From contig JBGSUI010000091.1 of NCBI GenBank assembly GCA_041736175.1, positions 1 through 17,802 on the forward strand: 17,802 nucleotides of DNA, read 5' to 3'. The notes under the pieces were generated by a model that ran no database searches, was not told where the DNA came from, and saw only the letters and a list, made by a program, of their open reading frames with translations. Each line of letters starts with the position of its first letter. Position 1 is the stretch's first letter. The position numbers were made by a program, and so were the translations under genes. Origin of the DNA: Oligoflexales bacterium (GTDB lineage Bacteria > Bdellovibrionota_B > Oligoflexia > Oligoflexales > CAIYRB01). Shown here one piece after another: positions 15,933-17,802 of the stretch.

Positions 15933-16672
15933 GCATCATCCTTAGATTTAGATTTTGTGGATTTAGACACCTTTGTACCGGTCTTCGCATCTGACTTGGT
16001 GGCTGATTCTTCCTCTTCTGTTTCCTCCCCCGGTGTCTTAGCCGTTGAGGTCGAGGCCCCGGTGGAGGTGCCGGTAGGCTTTGAGGTCCCGACTGAGGTT
16101 CCCGTTGATGTTTGGGTCGAAGGAGGAGGTGCTGCTACCGGCGCAAGCTCTAAGAAACCATCCGTTTGCCACTGAGTGAATAGAGCCTTTTGTGGAGCTG
16201 TTAAAGCTAATGCTGGTACGGTTGCTGGCGGCATAATGACTGCTCCTGCACCGTTGACGCGGGTGACAATGGTTGCGCCCGCGGTTTTTGCCACCTGGTA
16301 GGTGCCGAGGAGGATTCGAGGAGCCGCAGAATGGCAGTTGCCAAGTCCGCAGTTGGTTTGCATCAACGGCTTGATATCGTCGTTATAGGTAACTTTTTTC
16401 GCTGTGCTGGTTCCAGTTCCGGTCCCTTGGAGAAACAGCTTTGCGGCAGCGGTGGTTTTTTTGTCTTTTGTGCTTTTAGAAGTGGTGCTGGTGCTAGCCT
16501 TAGAAGTGCCTGACGCACTTTTATCGACACACTCCTCTTTAAGGGCGGCTGATCCTGCGGTCTTTTTTTGGGCCTGCTCGCCACAGCTCCATACCGCTAG
16601 GCTCACAACAGTTCCAAACCACAACAGCATCGTATTTGTTTGTAACCAACCGAAAACCTTAAACAGACTCAT
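15917..16672 (-). CDS. lipoprotein with a small c-type cytochrome domain (atypical CX4CH) and Ser/Thr/Lys-rich linkers (251 aa)
   Basis: AGAGGAGG RBS and VWSC lipobox. VTYNDDIKPLMQTNCGLGNCH...MPP...LT..Q...FTQW..DG resembles the planctomycete-type His/Met monoheme domain. It overlaps the convergent CDS by 16 nt. Confidence 0.8.
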   Translation of the reverse strand: MSLFKVFGWLQTNTMLLWFGTVVSLAVWSCGEQAQKKTAGSAALKEECVDKSASGTSKASTSTTSKSTKDKKTTAAAKLFLQGTGTGTSTAKKVTYNDDIKPLMQTNCGLGNCHSAAPRILLGTYQVAKTAGATIVTRVNGAGAVIMPPATVPALALTAPQKALFTQWQTDGFLELAPVAAPPPSTQTSTGTSVGTSKPTGTSTGASTSTAKTPGEETEEEESATKSDAKTGTKVSKSTKSKSKDDAQECE

Positions 16673-16737
16673 CGGATGCCTCCTCTTGCGGTTAAATACT
16701 AATTTCAGACACCCATCTACCCCCCCTATAAACTACG

Positions 16738-16763
16738 TATCGGCACGTCCAGGATCTCGATTA
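16738..16763 (-). promoter_or_regulatory. possible sigma28 (FliA)-like promoter
   Basis: Minus strand GCCGATA (16744-16738) matches the sigma28 -10 element. The -35 (TAAT at 15-nt spacing) is weak. Confidence 0.45.
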
Positions 16764-16958
16764 AAAATAATTGTAAATTATTGAAATTAAACACTAAAAA
16801 TAGGCACAATATCTCCCCCTGTCCCTTAGTCGTCGATCGTCAGAGGGGAGAGGGGAGAGGGGGGGTAGTTCCAGTGACCATCTCTAAGACTATGAAGATT
16901 CAGTCTGTGATTTATGCTATATTGATTAGACTATATATGAACTTAGGAAGAGGATAAA

Positions 16959-17561
16959 ATGGCGCCATCTAGTATGTTTGTTTCACGATTGCCTTTGTTG
17001 GTTATTTGGGTAACAGCCGCGCATTTCATTTTCATAAACTGCAAAGATAGCGCCAAAGAAGATATAGAAAAGAAGGCGCCTCCAAACGAAGCCTTTGTTG
17101 ATGTCGATGAGTTTACGAAAAATGCGCCCGATTCAGTGGCTAGTGGCAATCTTAGCGGGAAGATCGAGGAAAAATCCTGGAGCCTAAGGAGTGGAGCTGT
17201 TTCGTTGCTCATTGATACCGAAAGATATTCGGGCATCATTGCGGGCACAAAGGGTGAAAAGCAAAAAATCGTGTGCGATTCTAAGGGTAACGCGAATTTT
17301 AGATTGCCTGGGCGTTTCAATGGCGAAGGTCTAATTGAAGTTAACTTACCCGCCAAAGTTGGCAGCTTTAAATCAACAAATAGCGATGATAAATATAGCA
17401 TTAAAATATATGGAAAAGATCCTGCAACTTCCTGGGAAGTAAAGATAAACAAAATTTCCAAAGCTGAGCTTTCTGGCAGCATCAAAGCTGTGTTCGGAAA
17501 AGAAAAAGACAATCAAGTGATTGAAGGCACCTTTACAATAGAAATCTGCTCCGAAAAATAA
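16959..17561 (+). CDS. hypothetical beta-rich lipoprotein (200 aa)
   Basis: GAGGA RBS. Hydrophobic stretch ending FINC-K. Beta-strand-rich C-terminal region (LSGSIKAVF...IEGTFTIEIC) with two further Cys residues. Confidence 0.75.
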   Translation: MAPSSMFVSRLPLLVIWVTAAHFIFINCKDSAKEDIEKKAPPNEAFVDVDEFTKNAPDSVASGNLSGKIEEKSWSLRSGAVSLLIDTERYSGIIAGTKGEKQKIVCDSKGNANFRLPGRFNGEGLIEVNLPAKVGSFKSTNSDDKYSIKIYGKDPATSWEVKINKISKAELSGSIKAVFGKEKDNQVIEGTFTIEICSEK

Positions 17562-17802
17562 CGTTCAATGGAATTATAACTTGTTACAAACTTTAAGAGA
17601 TATTTCCAAAAATCAAACGATACTAAAAGTAGTAAATCCATTGGACGATGCCTATATATTCCATGACTTTCGTCTAATTTGAATTAATTTTCTCTTTTAC
17701 TGAGACTGCCTACATGATAGTGTAGTTAGAAATTATCATGCTGACCGGAAAGTCTACAGCATTATGCCAATTGACTCAAACTTAGTCAAGCGATGGATGC
17801 TG

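Noticed and set aside
16943..17512. 189-aa minus-strand ORF
   Set aside because: It is antisense to the + strand lipoprotein, which has a GAGGA RBS and a signal peptide.

Overview
Bacterial chromosomal region. The gene style (many small lipoproteins with relaxed lipoboxes, small c-type cytochromes) suggests Oligoflexia/Bdellovibrionota, but this is inference only. From left to right: a sigma54-type promoter and an 89-aa low-complexity lipoprotein; a monoheme lipocytochrome; a collapsed hipBA-type toxin-antitoxin locus (intact XRE antitoxin, hipA reduced to its two ends); a GT-C-fold membrane glycosyltransferase; a DEDDh exonuclease fused to a degenerate GIY-YIG domain; dihydroorotase; a divergent pair made of a tetraheme lipocytochrome and a diheme cytochrome/beta-barrel fusion (Cyc2-like); a YejABE/Opp-like ABC importer with no ATPase gene, followed by a 2-TM protein; a long tail-anchored hendecad coiled-coil protein; a CX4CH lipocytochrome; and a final lipoprotein. 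The best candidate for an undescribed system is the diheme cytochrome-porin plus tetraheme lipoprotein pair. No rRNA, tRNA, CRISPR array or transposase was seen. No database searches were run, so family calls come from motifs recognised by eye.
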